Shown here piece after piece: positions 20,117 through 30,426 of a stretch of 64,000 nucleotides of DNA. The notes beneath the pieces were generated by a model. That model was not told the DNA's origin. It saw only the letters and a list, made by a program, of their open reading frames with translations, and searched no databases. Source of the DNA: Alphaproteobacteria bacterium (GTDB taxonomy: Bacteria > Pseudomonadota > Alphaproteobacteria > GCA-2731375); NCBI GenBank assembly GCA_965238305.1, contig CBDEHK010000001.1, positions 3,034,226 through 3,098,225 of the forward strand, read 5' to 3'. Made by a program: the position numbers and the translations under genes. How positions within the stretch are numbered: position 1 is the first letter of the stretch; each line of letters begins with the position of its first letter.

Positions 20117-21460
20117 CTAGTTGGAGGTCTTACCGCCACCAAGTTTAGATTCAAGATGCTGGCTATATTTGGACATTAGGTAACAAAATATAAAGAACAC
20201 AAATGCCAAGAATACCAAGGGTTCTTTATGTAGCCCACGCCATGCCGGTTGCACGCTGATCTGTGTGGTCATGTTCAATACGTCGAACAAACCAATGATA
20301 TAGACCAGGGTTGTGCCCTTGAAAGCGCCGATGAAACTGCCGACGATATTCGGAATCATATATTTCAGTGCTTGCGGCATGATGATCAAACTCATCGATT
20401 GCCAATAACTCAGGCCAATTGCGTGTCCGCCTTCATATTGACCTTTGGGGATTGCCTGCAATCCGGCACGAACCGTTTCCGCCATATAACAGGCGGAAAA
20501 CAAACCAAATGCGACAATAACCTGCACCAATTTGTTGATCGCGAAACCTTCCGGCATGAACAGCGGGAACATTGTTGTTGCCATGAATAGTACCGTAATC
20601 AAGGGTACCGAACGAAACACTTCAATGATGGTGATGCTAACGCCCCGCACCACCGGCATCGTCGAACGTCGGCCTAGTGCCAATATAATACCGCCCGGTA
20701 AAGCCACGACAACGCCAATACCCGACAGCACCAGTGTCAGGTGCAAACCGCCCCATTTCGTCCAGCCTATTTCCGGCAATGACCAACCAAGCTGAATGAA
20801 AAAAGCGACAATTGTCAGACCGACAAAAATGCCGAGCTTGACGTTTCGTTGCGTTGACATGTTGGCATTGCTCATGCCGAATGTCTGTAAAATCAAGCCA
20901 CCTAAAGATCGGCCACTGGTCATACCAATGATCGAATGGATGCTGTTCCAGATGATTGAAACAATCGCCAAACTGATCATAACTTGCCAGAACACGCCTT
21001 TGTCGCCACCAAGGAAAAAATAATTAGACAGAAACGGGTAGAAAACTATAGCCGACGCTGCGATACCAATTTTGCCTTGTACGCGGGGCAACCATATTGG
21101 CAACATCCATAAGATAGCCAAACCGAGCCCGGCATTGACGCGCCATAGGTCGTCGCCCGGATAAACGCCATAGAATATTTTACGGAGATTATCAGAGTTA
21201 AAAACGCCGGCCCAGCAGGCGCCTTCGACATTGTTGTCGTAACAAGCGCGCCGGTTCTCGCCGCTGAATGTAGCATCTATGATGCCCCATTCGATAAAAC
21301 CGTAACCAGCCAGCCAAATGACATAGAGAGCCACTAAGGTTAGGAAAGAATTGAACCAGTTGCTGAATAGATTTTCGCTCACCCAGCCCAAAACACCGAC
21401 TTTGAACACAGGCGGTGCCATCGCGTCTTTGGCGGTCGGATCTGTTACTTCTACGGTCAT
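20117..21460 (-). CDS. aapM: amino acid ABC transporter permease
   Basis: Polar amino-acid permease fold with an EAA-like loop and a long N-terminal extension as in AapM. Confidence 0.8.
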   Translation of the reverse strand: MTVEVTDPTAKDAMAPPVFKVGVLGWVSENLFSNWFNSFLTLVALYVIWLAGYGFIEWGIIDATFSGENRRACYDNNVEGACWAGVFNSDNLRKIFYGVYPGDDLWRVNAGLGLAILWMLPIWLPRVQGKIGIAASAIVFYPFLSNYFFLGGDKGVFWQVMISLAIVSIIWNSIHSIIGMTSGRSLGGLILQTFGMSNANMSTQRNVKLGIFVGLTIVAFFIQLGWSLPEIGWTKWGGLHLTLVLSGIGVVVALPGGIILALGRRSTMPVVRGVSITIIEVFRSVPLITVLFMATTMFPLFMPEGFAINKLVQVIVAFGLFSACYMAETVRAGLQAIPKGQYEGGHAIGLSYWQSMSLIIMPQALKYMIPNIVGSFIGAFKGTTLVYIIGLFDVLNMTTQISVQPAWRGLHKEPLVFLAFVFFIFCYLMSKYSQHLESKLGGGKTSN

Positions 21461-21461
21461 C

Positions 21462-22664
21462 CTAACGCTCCAATATCTGTACGCGTTTGTTGTAATAATT
21501 CATCGCAGCTGAGATTGACAAACTTATTGTCATATAGAACAACATCGTCATTGCCACGATTTCAATCGCATAACCGCTTTGGTTAAGCGAAGTTTGCATG
21601 AACAAAGAAACAATTTCGGGATAACCGATGGCAACTGCAAGAGAAGAGTCTTTCACCACGTTCATCCAAGCACTTATCAGTGGCGGGATAATCGCCCGCA
21701 TCGCCTGGGGAATGATGACCAGTTGCAGGGTTTTATTTGGTCTTAAACCCAGTGAGTTCGACGCCTCTGTTTGCCCGCGGTTCACGGATTCTATGCCGGC
21801 CCGCACCATTTCAGCAATATAACTTGAATGGTAAATAGTTAACGCAACAAACATTGTCATCAAGGCCGGTGGTACCCTACCGCCGCCTTTAAAGTTGAAT
21901 CCTTTTAGCTCCGGAATATCCCAACCAAGCGGCATGCCGGTAATAAGAAATATGATCGCGGGTAATCCAAAGATCAAACCTAGCCCGGCCCAAAAAGATG
22001 GAAACTGCTGCCCTGTTTCATTTTGACGTTTATGTGCCCAGCGGGACATAAAATACGCCGCGACGCAGCCGATAAGAAGGGCCACTAAGGTCATCCAAAA
22101 TAAACCTTCCGGCTCTGGCCAAGGGACATAGAAGCCGCGATTGTTTAAAAATGAAATTCCTAGTAAATCGACACTTTGCTTTGGCCTCGGTAGTAGCGAG
22201 AAAACACCAAGATACCAGAAGATGATTTGGATGAGGAGCGGTGTATTCCGCAATGCTTCGACGTAAGCAGAAGCCAGTTTCGAAATCAACCAGTTGCTCG
22301 ACAGGCGCATGATGCCGACAACAAAACCAAGGATCGTTGTGAACACGATCGAAAATACGGAGACGAACAGTGTGTTGGTTACCCCAACCCAAAATATCCG
22401 CCCGTATGTGTCGCCGGGAACATAGGGTATCAATTTGAAATCGGTATCAAAGCCGGCGGATTGCCATAAAAAGCTAAACCCGGAATTCATCCCACGGGCT
22501 TCCATGTTGGCCGCGGTATTGGAGAAGAGATACCAAGCTAGCCAACCGACCAGTAAAAAAGTGAACATTTGATATGCAATCGAACGAAATTGTTCGTTGT
22601 ATAGAAACGCCATGGGGCCAGAAGCGCTTTCCCCAATAGCTTGACGTTCTTCTGCTGTCGACAT
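21462..22664 (-). CDS. aapQ: amino acid ABC transporter permease
   Basis: Permease fold. 2-nt gap to aapM. Confidence 0.8.
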   Translation of the reverse strand: MSTAEERQAIGESASGPMAFLYNEQFRSIAYQMFTFLLVGWLAWYLFSNTAANMEARGMNSGFSFLWQSAGFDTDFKLIPYVPGDTYGRIFWVGVTNTLFVSVFSIVFTTILGFVVGIMRLSSNWLISKLASAYVEALRNTPLLIQIIFWYLGVFSLLPRPKQSVDLLGISFLNNRGFYVPWPEPEGLFWMTLVALLIGCVAAYFMSRWAHKRQNETGQQFPSFWAGLGLIFGLPAIIFLITGMPLGWDIPELKGFNFKGGGRVPPALMTMFVALTIYHSSYIAEMVRAGIESVNRGQTEASNSLGLRPNKTLQLVIIPQAMRAIIPPLISAWMNVVKDSSLAVAIGYPEIVSLFMQTSLNQSGYAIEIVAMTMLFYMTISLSISAAMNYYNKRVQILER

Positions 22665-22704
22665 GGCGGTTACCGTTCTTGAAGAAGCAAAAATTACAGT
22701 AAGA

Positions 22705-22737
22705 AAAAATGCCGCTCAATTTTCATTGAGCGGCATT
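22705..22737 (-). terminator. intercistronic hairpin/attenuator between aapJ and aapQ
   Basis: 13-bp perfect stem AATGCCGCTCAAT with a TTTC loop. T-run on the transcribed (minus) strand. Confidence 0.55.
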
Positions 22738-22747
22738 CAATTCTAAA

Positions 22748-23788
22748 TCAACGGAACGGTGGGGCGTACATCAGGCCGCCACGGGTCCACAGATCATTGG
22801 CCGAACCAGCACGCGGGATGCCAATCCCGAGTTTGCCGCCGCCCATGTAAGCTTCGTAAACTTCGCCGAAGTTACCAACTTGTTTGATGATGTTGTATGC
22901 CCAGTCTTTGTCCAGGCCCAAACCTTCATGCAAGTTCCCTTCAAGACCAAGCATCCGCTTGACTTCAGGATTATTCGAGCTGCTGCGAATTTGATCAACA
23001 TTAGCTTTGTTGATACCTAATTCTTCCGCCGCAACCATCGCGAAAACCGTCCACTTGACGATATCCATCCATTGAGAATCGTTCTGACGAACAACTGGAC
23101 CCAAGGGTTCTTTGGAAATCGTTTCAGGCAGAATGACGTGTGCGTCTTGATCGGCAAAGCCAGCACGGCCGGAAGCCAGACCGGATTTATCGTTCGTCAT
23201 CGCATCGCAACCGCCTTTTAGGTAGGTTTCGTTACGAACGTTGGCATCCTCAAACGTCACCGGTTGAATGTCCATTTTGTTGGACCGGCTGAAGTCTGTC
23301 AGGTTCAATTCGGTGGTCGTACCGGTCACAACACAGACGGTTGCACCCTTCAATTCCATCGCGCTCTTGATGCCGGAATCTTTCGGTACCATGAAACCCT
23401 GGCCGTCATACATATTGACGGCAGTGAAATCCAAACCGAGTTGCGTATCACGCAACAGGGTCCACGTGGTAGTCCGCGACAGAACGTCGCTTTCACCATT
23501 CGCCATCGCGGTGAAACGCGATTGTGTGGTTACCGACTGGATTTCCAATTTCTTGGAATCGCCCAAAACGGCTGCTGCAATAGCCTGACATACAGCTACG
23601 TCACTGCCGTACCAATTGCCGTCTTTATCCAAGTTGTAGAAACCGTCAGCTGGTTTACCAACTTGGCAACGCAGCATGCCGCGTTTTTTAACAATTTCCA
23701 ATGTTGATTCTGCTGAGGCACCAACCGCGCCACCGACAAGAATGCCGGCTGCGGCCGAAGCGGCAGCAATTGTTTTCAATAACTTCAT
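22748..23788 (-). CDS. aapJ: general L-amino acid ABC transporter substrate-binding protein
   Basis: Signal peptide, SBP family 3 fold, 346 aa. Confidence 0.85.
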   Translation of the reverse strand: MKLLKTIAAASAAAGILVGGAVGASAESTLEIVKKRGMLRCQVGKPADGFYNLDKDGNWYGSDVAVCQAIAAAVLGDSKKLEIQSVTTQSRFTAMANGESDVLSRTTTWTLLRDTQLGLDFTAVNMYDGQGFMVPKDSGIKSAMELKGATVCVVTGTTTELNLTDFSRSNKMDIQPVTFEDANVRNETYLKGGCDAMTNDKSGLASGRAGFADQDAHVILPETISKEPLGPVVRQNDSQWMDIVKWTVFAMVAAEELGINKANVDQIRSSSNNPEVKRMLGLEGNLHEGLGLDKDWAYNIIKQVGNFGEVYEAYMGGGKLGIGIPRAGSANDLWTRGGLMYAPPFR

Positions 23789-24096
23789 CGTGTACTTCCT
23801 CCCATTACGGACTGCACTATTTTAAGATTCGTTTATCGCGACATCTTGAACCCGGTGCAAGCAACCACACTTGTCGATTAGAAGCTGCAGCTACAACTTT
23901 GCCGTTGCTTACTACCACTTGACGCTTCAAATCAGCGCAATCCCTGTTTGCCCGTCGTTCTTTTGCGACGCAACAGCTTAGATACTAGTCTGAATTTGCA
24001 GGAATCTCAACACGCAGAAATAGGTTTAGAAACCTTTTTCAATTTGGTGCTTCAATTAAATCTTAATGGAGAAGGCCGAAATCGCGAAAAACCCTT

Positions 24097-24309
24097 TTAG
24101 TCTGTTGATTTCACTTCTTCGCAGGCGAATTTCTTTTTGTAGGCACGAGGACTTTTTTCCGCCAGTTCTTTTTGATATTTCTCAGCTTTAGCCTTCTTTT
24201 CCAGGCAAATCTGTTTATTTGGATATTCGATCGAGCCCCATCCTTCCATGGTGTCACCCCGCACCCATTCGCCGTTCACCAATAAAAATACCACTAAAAG
24301 AAATTTCAT
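24097..24309 (-). CDS. small secreted Lys-rich protein
   Basis: 70 aa with a signal peptide and two Cys. No homology recognised. Confidence 0.3.
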   Translation of the reverse strand: MKFLLVVFLLVNGEWVRGDTMEGWGSIEYPNKQICLEKKAKAEKYQKELAEKSPRAYKKKFACEEVKSTD

Positions 24310-24467
24310 AGAGCTTGCGCCTTTCGCGAAAGAACATGTTCATTCAGGCATAACATGTGGGGAAAATCATGTTCAAGTCCTCAGAAGGTATGGTTTCACA
24401 ATCGTGAAAGTGACATGATGCGGCGAAATTCGTCTGTTAGAAATGTAAAATCTGAATGTGAAGGTAA

Positions 24468-25646
24468 ATGAAAGAAGCAACAATAATTGTAACGGCAGGA
24501 CGCCGTCCGCAAGAAAATCATGGCGTGGTCAATCCACCTGTCTATCATGCCTCAACGATTATTTCCGAGACTGTTCAAGAACAACGTGAAAAAGGGGCTG
24601 CCCGCCTCAAAGGCGATCGCGTGATTGCCTATGGCCGCTCCGGCACGCCGACACATTTTGCGCTCGAGGACGCAGTGATGGCTATCGAAGGCGGCGACCG
24701 CTGTAAAATTTATTCCTCCGGGGTTGGGGCGATTTCTGCCGTACTCCTGGCCTTTGTTGCAACAGGAGATCATATCCTTGTTGTCGACTGCACTTATGGC
24801 CCGACGCGACGTATCTGCAATCAACTATTGGCGCGCTTCGGGGTTGAGACAACCTATTACGACCCGATGATTGATCCAGCCGACTTGCGGGCGCTCATTC
24901 GTCCCAACACAAAGGTCGTGTTCGCGGAGGCACCTGGTTCTCTTACCTTTGAAATGCAAGACATTCCTGCTATCGCTGCCGTCGCGCATGAAAATAATTG
25001 TGTGATGGTCATGGACAATACTTGGGCTTCGCCGCTTTATTTCAAACCATTTGAGCATGGCGTCGACGTTTCCATTCAAGCCGGTACAAAATATATCGTC
25101 GGCCATTCCGACGTGATGATCGGGACCGTCACGGCACGGGAAGAGGTCTGGCCTGCAATCGCGGAAGCGACGGCTGATCTTGGACAAACCGCTGGACCGG
25201 ACGATATATATTTGGCCCAACGCGGGCTTCGCACTTTGGGCGTGCGCTTGCCACGCCACTGGGAAAACGGTTTGAAGTTGGCCGAATGGTTGCAGGAGAG
25301 AGAGGAAGTGGACTGCATTATGCATCCGGCAATGCCAGACGATCCGGGCCATCGCCTTTGGAAGCGCGATTTTCGCGGTGCCAGTGGATTGTTTGGGGTT
25401 TCTTTAAAACCGGTATCGACAGCCGGATTGGATGCCTTCATCGATCAACTTTCCTTGTTTGGTCTGGGTGCATCTTGGGGCGGATACGAAAGTCTGGTCT
25501 TAATTACGAAACCAAATTCCATGCGGGTTGCACGTCCCTGGCCTTCGGAAGGTCCTACTATCCGCTTCCACGCTGGCTTGGAAGATCCCGAAGATTTGAT
25601 CGCTGACTTGTCAGTCGGCTTTGACGCAATGGCGAAAGCAATATGA
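24468..25646 (+). CDS. metC: cystathionine beta-lyase (Cys/Met-metabolism PLP enzyme)
   Basis: Cys_Met_Meta_PP fold with the PLP lysine region (GTKYIVGHSD). Confidence 0.8.
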   Translation: MKEATIIVTAGRRPQENHGVVNPPVYHASTIISETVQEQREKGAARLKGDRVIAYGRSGTPTHFALEDAVMAIEGGDRCKIYSSGVGAISAVLLAFVATGDHILVVDCTYGPTRRICNQLLARFGVETTYYDPMIDPADLRALIRPNTKVVFAEAPGSLTFEMQDIPAIAAVAHENNCVMVMDNTWASPLYFKPFEHGVDVSIQAGTKYIVGHSDVMIGTVTAREEVWPAIAEATADLGQTAGPDDIYLAQRGLRTLGVRLPRHWENGLKLAEWLQEREEVDCIMHPAMPDDPGHRLWKRDFRGASGLFGVSLKPVSTAGLDAFIDQLSLFGLGASWGGYESLVLITKPNSMRVARPWPSEGPTIRFHAGLEDPEDLIADLSVGFDAMAKAI

Positions 25647-26038
25647 ATTTTGATAAGATTATTACAGAACTTGTTTTTGACGACGCTGGTTTAATTCCGG
25701 TTGTTGCGCAGCAGCACGATACTGGCGAAGTGTTGATGGTAGCCTGGATGAACGAAGATGCCGTACGCATCACGATACAAGAAAATCAGGTCTGCTATTA
25801 TTCGCGCTCCCGCCAAGCTTTGTGGCGGAAAGGTGAAAGTTCAGGCCAAACCCAGAAGTTAGTGGATTTTCGCTTCGATTGCGATGGCGACACCATCTTG
25901 TTGCAGGTCGATCAAAAAGGTGTCGCTTGTCATACCGGACGGCACAATTGCTTTTTCCGTGCCTATCGTGACGAAAAAACCGAAGTCATTGCCGACGTAC
26001 AAGTGTCGCCTGAAGAACTCTACGGAAAAAATGTTTAG
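25643..26038 (+). CDS. hisI: phosphoribosyl-AMP cyclohydrolase
   Basis: 131 aa with the HisI motifs (LIPVVAQQ, W...S...GESSG, CDGD). Overlaps the metC stop. Confidence 0.85.
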   Translation: MNFDKIITELVFDDAGLIPVVAQQHDTGEVLMVAWMNEDAVRITIQENQVCYYSRSRQALWRKGESSGQTQKLVDFRFDCDGDTILLQVDQKGVACHTGRHNCFFRAYRDEKTEVIADVQVSPEELYGKNV

Positions 26039-26798
26039 GCGATTGTTTATTGGCGCGGTAATTTTGTTTGACGCTTTTTCGTCAAGCGCGCAGGCGGAAC
26101 GTTTAAATATCCTCGCTGCCTCCAGCACGACAGAATTCCTAATCGCCGCGAAAAATGCCTATACCGCCGATAATCCAAATGCACCGGAGATAAAGTTAAT
26201 TTTTGCCTCCAGTTCCACACTGGCGCGACAGATCGAAGCCGGCGCGCCTGCAAACGTTTTTCTATCTGCCAATCAAACTTGGATGGATTATTTGGCCAAC
26301 AAGAAATTGCTCGTAAAAAAATCCCGACGGGATATTTTTTCCAATCGACTTGTGCTTGCTGGGCCCGCATCAAAAAGACCGGAGGTGCAATTTGATTCAC
26401 ATTTGCTCGAACGGTTGGGTGGCAACAAACTGATCATCGGCAATCCGAACCACGTGCCGGCTGGGCATTATGCCAAGCAAGCTTTAATCACCGCCAATTT
26501 ATGGGGCCTTTTAAAAGGGCAACTCGCCTACGCTAGTTCCGCCCGTGCTGCTGTCAGCCTAATTCAACGAACCAACTCACCAGGGATCGTTTACGCGACG
26601 GATATGCGAGTTGCCGACGATCTTGAAGTCTATGTGGAAATTGACAAGCGATTACATACTCCCATCCGCTACTCTATCGCTGTGTTAAAGGACGGTGCGA
26701 CACTTGTGGCAGCGCAGTTTGTCGCTTTTCTGCAGGCTACCCCACAACGCAAATTGATCCGCTTGTATGGTTTTCTTCCTCTTAGCGCAGCGGAATGA
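26031..26798 (+). CDS. modA: molybdate ABC transporter substrate-binding protein
   Basis: Signal peptide and ModA fold. Its start ATG (26031-26033) lies 3 nt upstream of the hisI stop codon (26036-26038), so the two genes overlap by 8 nt. Confidence 0.85.
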   Translation: MFRRLFIGAVILFDAFSSSAQAERLNILAASSTTEFLIAAKNAYTADNPNAPEIKLIFASSSTLARQIEAGAPANVFLSANQTWMDYLANKKLLVKKSRRDIFSNRLVLAGPASKRPEVQFDSHLLERLGGNKLIIGNPNHVPAGHYAKQALITANLWGLLKGQLAYASSARAAVSLIQRTNSPGIVYATDMRVADDLEVYVEIDKRLHTPIRYSIAVLKDGATLVAAQFVAFLQATPQRKLIRLYGFLPLSAAE

Positions 26799-27487
26799 TC
26801 ATGCTAGGTGACGTTGAAATCCAAGCATTGCTGTTATCTTTGAAAGTGTCGATTTGGGCGGTTGGAATTAGCCTGCCATTGGCGCTATTGACGGCTTGGA
26901 TTTTAGCGCGCCGGGAATTTCCGGGCAAAATTCTGTTTGACGGGTTTGTTCATCTACCGCTGGTGTTGCCGCCGGTCGTGGTCGGTTATCTACTCCTAGA
27001 AATCCTGGGTCGTCGCGGGGTGGTCGGTCGCTGGCTTTATGACACCTTCGATTTAAGTTTTGTGTTCTCTTGGCGAGGCGCAATGGTTGCGGCAGCCGTG
27101 ATGAGTTTTCCGTTAATTGTCCGGGCGATCCGTTTGTCGCTGGAAAGCGTTGACCGACGTTTGGAAGTTGCCGCCCGCACCCTCGGTGCGTCGCCGCTCC
27201 GCGTATTTGTCACGATTACTGTGCCGCTCATACTGCCGGGCATAATAAGCGGGACGATATTAGGACTGGCGCGCTGCTTAGGAGAGTTCGGCGCCACGAT
27301 AACCTTCGCCGCGAATGTACCGGGGGAAACCAATACGCTGCCACTGGCTATCTATTCGGTGTTGCAGACACCGGATGGGGAAGCTGCTGCCGTTCGGTTA
27401 TCTATTATCGCCATTATCCTGGCCTTAGCAGCGCTTGCCGGATCCGAATTCTGGGCCCGACGTTTACGTCGCCAAATGGGGTCATAG
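26795..27487 (+). CDS. modB: molybdate ABC transporter permease
   Basis: CysTW-type permease with an EAA loop. 4-nt overlap with modA. Confidence 0.85.
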   Translation: MIMLGDVEIQALLLSLKVSIWAVGISLPLALLTAWILARREFPGKILFDGFVHLPLVLPPVVVGYLLLEILGRRGVVGRWLYDTFDLSFVFSWRGAMVAAAVMSFPLIVRAIRLSLESVDRRLEVAARTLGASPLRVFVTITVPLILPGIISGTILGLARCLGEFGATITFAANVPGETNTLPLAIYSVLQTPDGEAAAVRLSIIAIILALAALAGSEFWARRLRRQMGS

Positions 27488-27490
27488 GCA

Positions 27491-28591
27491 ATGTTGGATG
27501 TTCATATCAAACATCAAAGTCAAGGCGCGCCGGCACTTGACGTGACTTTTCAAGCCCCTTCGGGGGTTACCAGTTTGTTTGGGCGGTCCGGTGCCGGCAA
27601 GACGACGGTAATCAATGTTCTTGCTGGTCTAATAAAGCCGCAATCCGGTCATATCGAGATCGATGGCGAGGTGATTTTTGACGCCACCAAAAAGGTAAAT
27701 GTGCCGCCGGACCAGCGCCGCTTTGGTTACGTTTTTCAAGATGCCAAGTTATTCCCGCATCTAAATGTTGAAAGCAACCTGCGTTATGGTTACAACTTGC
27801 TGCCGTCAGAGAAGCGAAAAATAGTTTTTGATGATGTGGTTTCATTATTGAAACTAGATCATTTGAGGCAACGGCGAACGCGTAATTTGTCCGGAGGTGA
27901 AAGCCAGCGCGTAGCCATTGGCCGGGCATTGTTAACCAGTCCACGACTATTGTTGCTAGACGAACCGCTGGCCAGTTTGGATGGCGCCCATCGCCGTGAA
28001 ATCATGCCGTACCTGGAAAATGTTCGCCAACAGCTAAATATCCCGATCATCTACGTCACCCATCAAATAGACGAGATCATCCGTTTGGCCGATCAGGTGG
28101 TTGTCATTGACGATGGCCGGGTGATGGCCACAGGCGCAGTCGAAGAGGTTCTAAGTCGGCTGGACCTACGTCCCCTCACCGGTCGTTTCGATGCCGGTGC
28201 AGCGCTTACCTGCAAAGTTGGCGCACATGACCGCCGCGATCAATTGACCCGACTGGAATTTTCCGGCGGCGCCATTGTAGTCCCATTCCAAGATTTGCCT
28301 GAAGGCCGCGAAATCCGCATTCGTATTCGGGCCCGAGATATTACCTTGTCGCTGACGAAACCAACGCAAACAAGTGTGTTAAATATCCTCGAAGGCCAGA
28401 TCATTGAGATTGCTGAAAGTGACAAAGCCCGCGCTGACGTTTTATTACAGGTCGGCAAAGATAAACTATGGGCCAGCGTTACCAAGCGTTCGGTTCGGGA
28501 ACTCGGATTGGAAATTGGCGTCTCGTTGTTTGCAATGATCAAGTCAGTTGCCGTCGACAGACATAGTATTGGCGGTAAAACCAATACTTAA
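27491..28591 (+). CDS. modC: molybdate ABC transporter ATP-binding protein with C-terminal TOBE domains
   Basis: Walker A GRSGAGKT, LSGGESQRV signature, C-terminal Mo-binding TOBE region. Confidence 0.85.
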   Translation: MLDVHIKHQSQGAPALDVTFQAPSGVTSLFGRSGAGKTTVINVLAGLIKPQSGHIEIDGEVIFDATKKVNVPPDQRRFGYVFQDAKLFPHLNVESNLRYGYNLLPSEKRKIVFDDVVSLLKLDHLRQRRTRNLSGGESQRVAIGRALLTSPRLLLLDEPLASLDGAHRREIMPYLENVRQQLNIPIIYVTHQIDEIIRLADQVVVIDDGRVMATGAVEEVLSRLDLRPLTGRFDAGAALTCKVGAHDRRDQLTRLEFSGGAIVVPFQDLPEGREIRIRIRARDITLSLTKPTQTSVLNILEGQIIEIAESDKARADVLLQVGKDKLWASVTKRSVRELGLEIGVSLFAMIKSVAVDRHSIGGKTNT

Positions 28592-28592
28592 T

Positions 28593-29837
28593 TCATGCTT
28601 GGCTATTCAGGCCGACAACAAATCGTTCGATCCGATCCATTGCTTCCGACAAAACTTCCTTCGATGCCGTTAAAGACATCCGCAAGTGACCTTCGCCACT
28701 TTCACCAAATCCAGTACCGGGGATCATTGTGACGCCTTCGGTCTCTACAAGGCGGTTGGCAAAACCATCGGCCCCCAAACCGCTTTCGCGAATGTCCAAC
28801 ATCACGAACATGCCGCCCTCCGGTTCAACGCAGGATATTTTCTGCATTTGGGCGATGCGATTGACCACCAGCTCGCGCCGTTCCCGGTAGGCAGCTAACA
28901 TCTCGTCGACTTCCGCAAAATCTTTCGAGACCGCCACCAAAGCCGCATCCATCACAAACGGGGGCGTGCCGAACAACATGCATTGGACAATATGCATGAT
29001 ATGGGTCGACATATCGCCTGGGGGCGCGACAATCCAGCCCAGTCGCCAACCCGGCATTGCGTGCGATTTCGACAAGCTGGAAATCACCGCTGTGCGTTCC
29101 GCCATGCCTTCACCAATAGATGGCGATAAGAATTCTTGACCATAAGTCAGACTGGCATAAACCTCATCAGACAAAACCCAAAGATCATGTTCCCGGCAAA
29201 CTATCGCCAAATCGTCGATTTCGGACCGCGTTAGCATTGCACCGGTCGGATTGTGAGGAAAATTGAGAAGAATAGCCCGGGTTTTAGGCGTGATTACAGC
29301 CTTTAGATCGTCAACATTAAGATGAAAGTTGTCTTCCCGTTTCAGCGGCAACGGCACCAATTCGGCGCCGGTAGCCCCAACGACGCCCATATACGTCGAA
29401 TACATCGGCTCCGGCACAATGAATTCATCGCCAGGGCCTGCCACGCACATGGCGGCGGCAAATAATGCCGCCTGCCCGCCAGACAACACGACTACTTGAT
29501 CGGCGACCATTTTTAGACCGGTAAGTTGGTTATGGCGTGTGGCAATGGCCGCCCGCAGCTCCGGCATGCCGGCAAAATCGGTATAATGCGTGCGCCCGTT
29601 GCGTAATGCATGAACGGCGGTTTCAATGATTTCAGATGGTGTGTCAAAATCCGGATCACCAATGCTGAGAAAGATTATGTCCTTTCCCTCTTCGGCTAAT
29701 CGCATCGCTTTGCCATGGACGTTCCAGGCTTGTGAGCCTTCGCCACCTGTCCGGCTTACCATCGGCGAATAGGTCATACCGGTTTTAGAATCGACCGGTC
29801 GTTCGGACGCTACATTTATGTCGACTTGTTTATTCAT
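28593..29837 (-). CDS. class I/II aminotransferase (aspartate aminotransferase family)
   Basis: PLP-lysine motif SLSKSHAMPGWRLGW. Confidence 0.8.
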   Translation of the reverse strand: MNKQVDINVASERPVDSKTGMTYSPMVSRTGGEGSQAWNVHGKAMRLAEEGKDIIFLSIGDPDFDTPSEIIETAVHALRNGRTHYTDFAGMPELRAAIATRHNQLTGLKMVADQVVVLSGGQAALFAAAMCVAGPGDEFIVPEPMYSTYMGVVGATGAELVPLPLKREDNFHLNVDDLKAVITPKTRAILLNFPHNPTGAMLTRSEIDDLAIVCREHDLWVLSDEVYASLTYGQEFLSPSIGEGMAERTAVISSLSKSHAMPGWRLGWIVAPPGDMSTHIMHIVQCMLFGTPPFVMDAALVAVSKDFAEVDEMLAAYRERRELVVNRIAQMQKISCVEPEGGMFVMLDIRESGLGADGFANRLVETEGVTMIPGTGFGESGEGHLRMSLTASKEVLSEAMDRIERFVVGLNSQA

Positions 29838-29972
29838 GAAATTCCAACCTTACCAACGATTGTGGCCTCGATATTGCAAACCTTTTTACAGTCCAGATAA
29901 CAGCCAATGGAGCTTCGGCGTGTTATATTTCGGTTTGCACAAGACTACAATCGTTGTGATTGGGTTAATGAT

Positions 29973-30317
29973 ATGTTTCGTATTGTAAGTTTGATTTTTG
30001 TATCAGCCTGTTTGTTCGCGACGAGCGGATGCGTTCGCGTGGGCGACAATATGGAAGTCATTGGCGAAAATATGACTGGTGGCGACTGCGACTGGTCGCG
30101 TTATGTCGAAGGTAAGAATTTTTGCCGGCATGAAAAACCGACGGCCATCGCCTACGAACCGTTATATTGCTACAAAAGTGTTGGCGCGGTTGATTGCTAT
30201 AATCAACCGCAACCTGGTCGTCGTTTGGTCGGGCAAAACAAAATACCAAATGATATGGTCGCTAAATCAGCAGATAATTCTGACAAAATGGCTAAATCGC
30301 AAAACTCGACGGAGTAG
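29973..30317 (+). CDS. Cys-rich lipoprotein of unknown function
   Basis: Lipobox FATSGC and six further Cys. Contains repeat copy A just after the lipobox. Confidence 0.5.
   Translation: MFRIVSLIFVSACLFATSGCVRVGDNMEVIGENMTGGDCDWSRYVEGKNFCRHEKPTAIAYEPLYCYKSVGAVDCYNQPQPGRRLVGQNKIPNDMVAKSADNSDKMAKSQNSTE
30036..30071 (+). repeat. 36-bp imperfect direct repeat, copy A
   Basis: cgcgtgggcgacaatatggaagtcattggcgaaaat. 33/36 identical to 34663-34698. Confidence 0.85.
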
Positions 30318-30426
30318 GGTTGGTATTAGGTATCGAGATCAACATCCGCGTTCTAATCAGGGATGAACCTTGGGCCCGACTTGATCGATAGGTAACAGAT
30401 TGTACCGGACACGTGGGTAGGCGCCG

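Noticed and set aside
24310-24467. Looked for a SAM-II / Met riboswitch upstream of metC
   Set aside because: No recognisable conserved pseudoknot core could be identified by eye. A covariance-model search would be needed.
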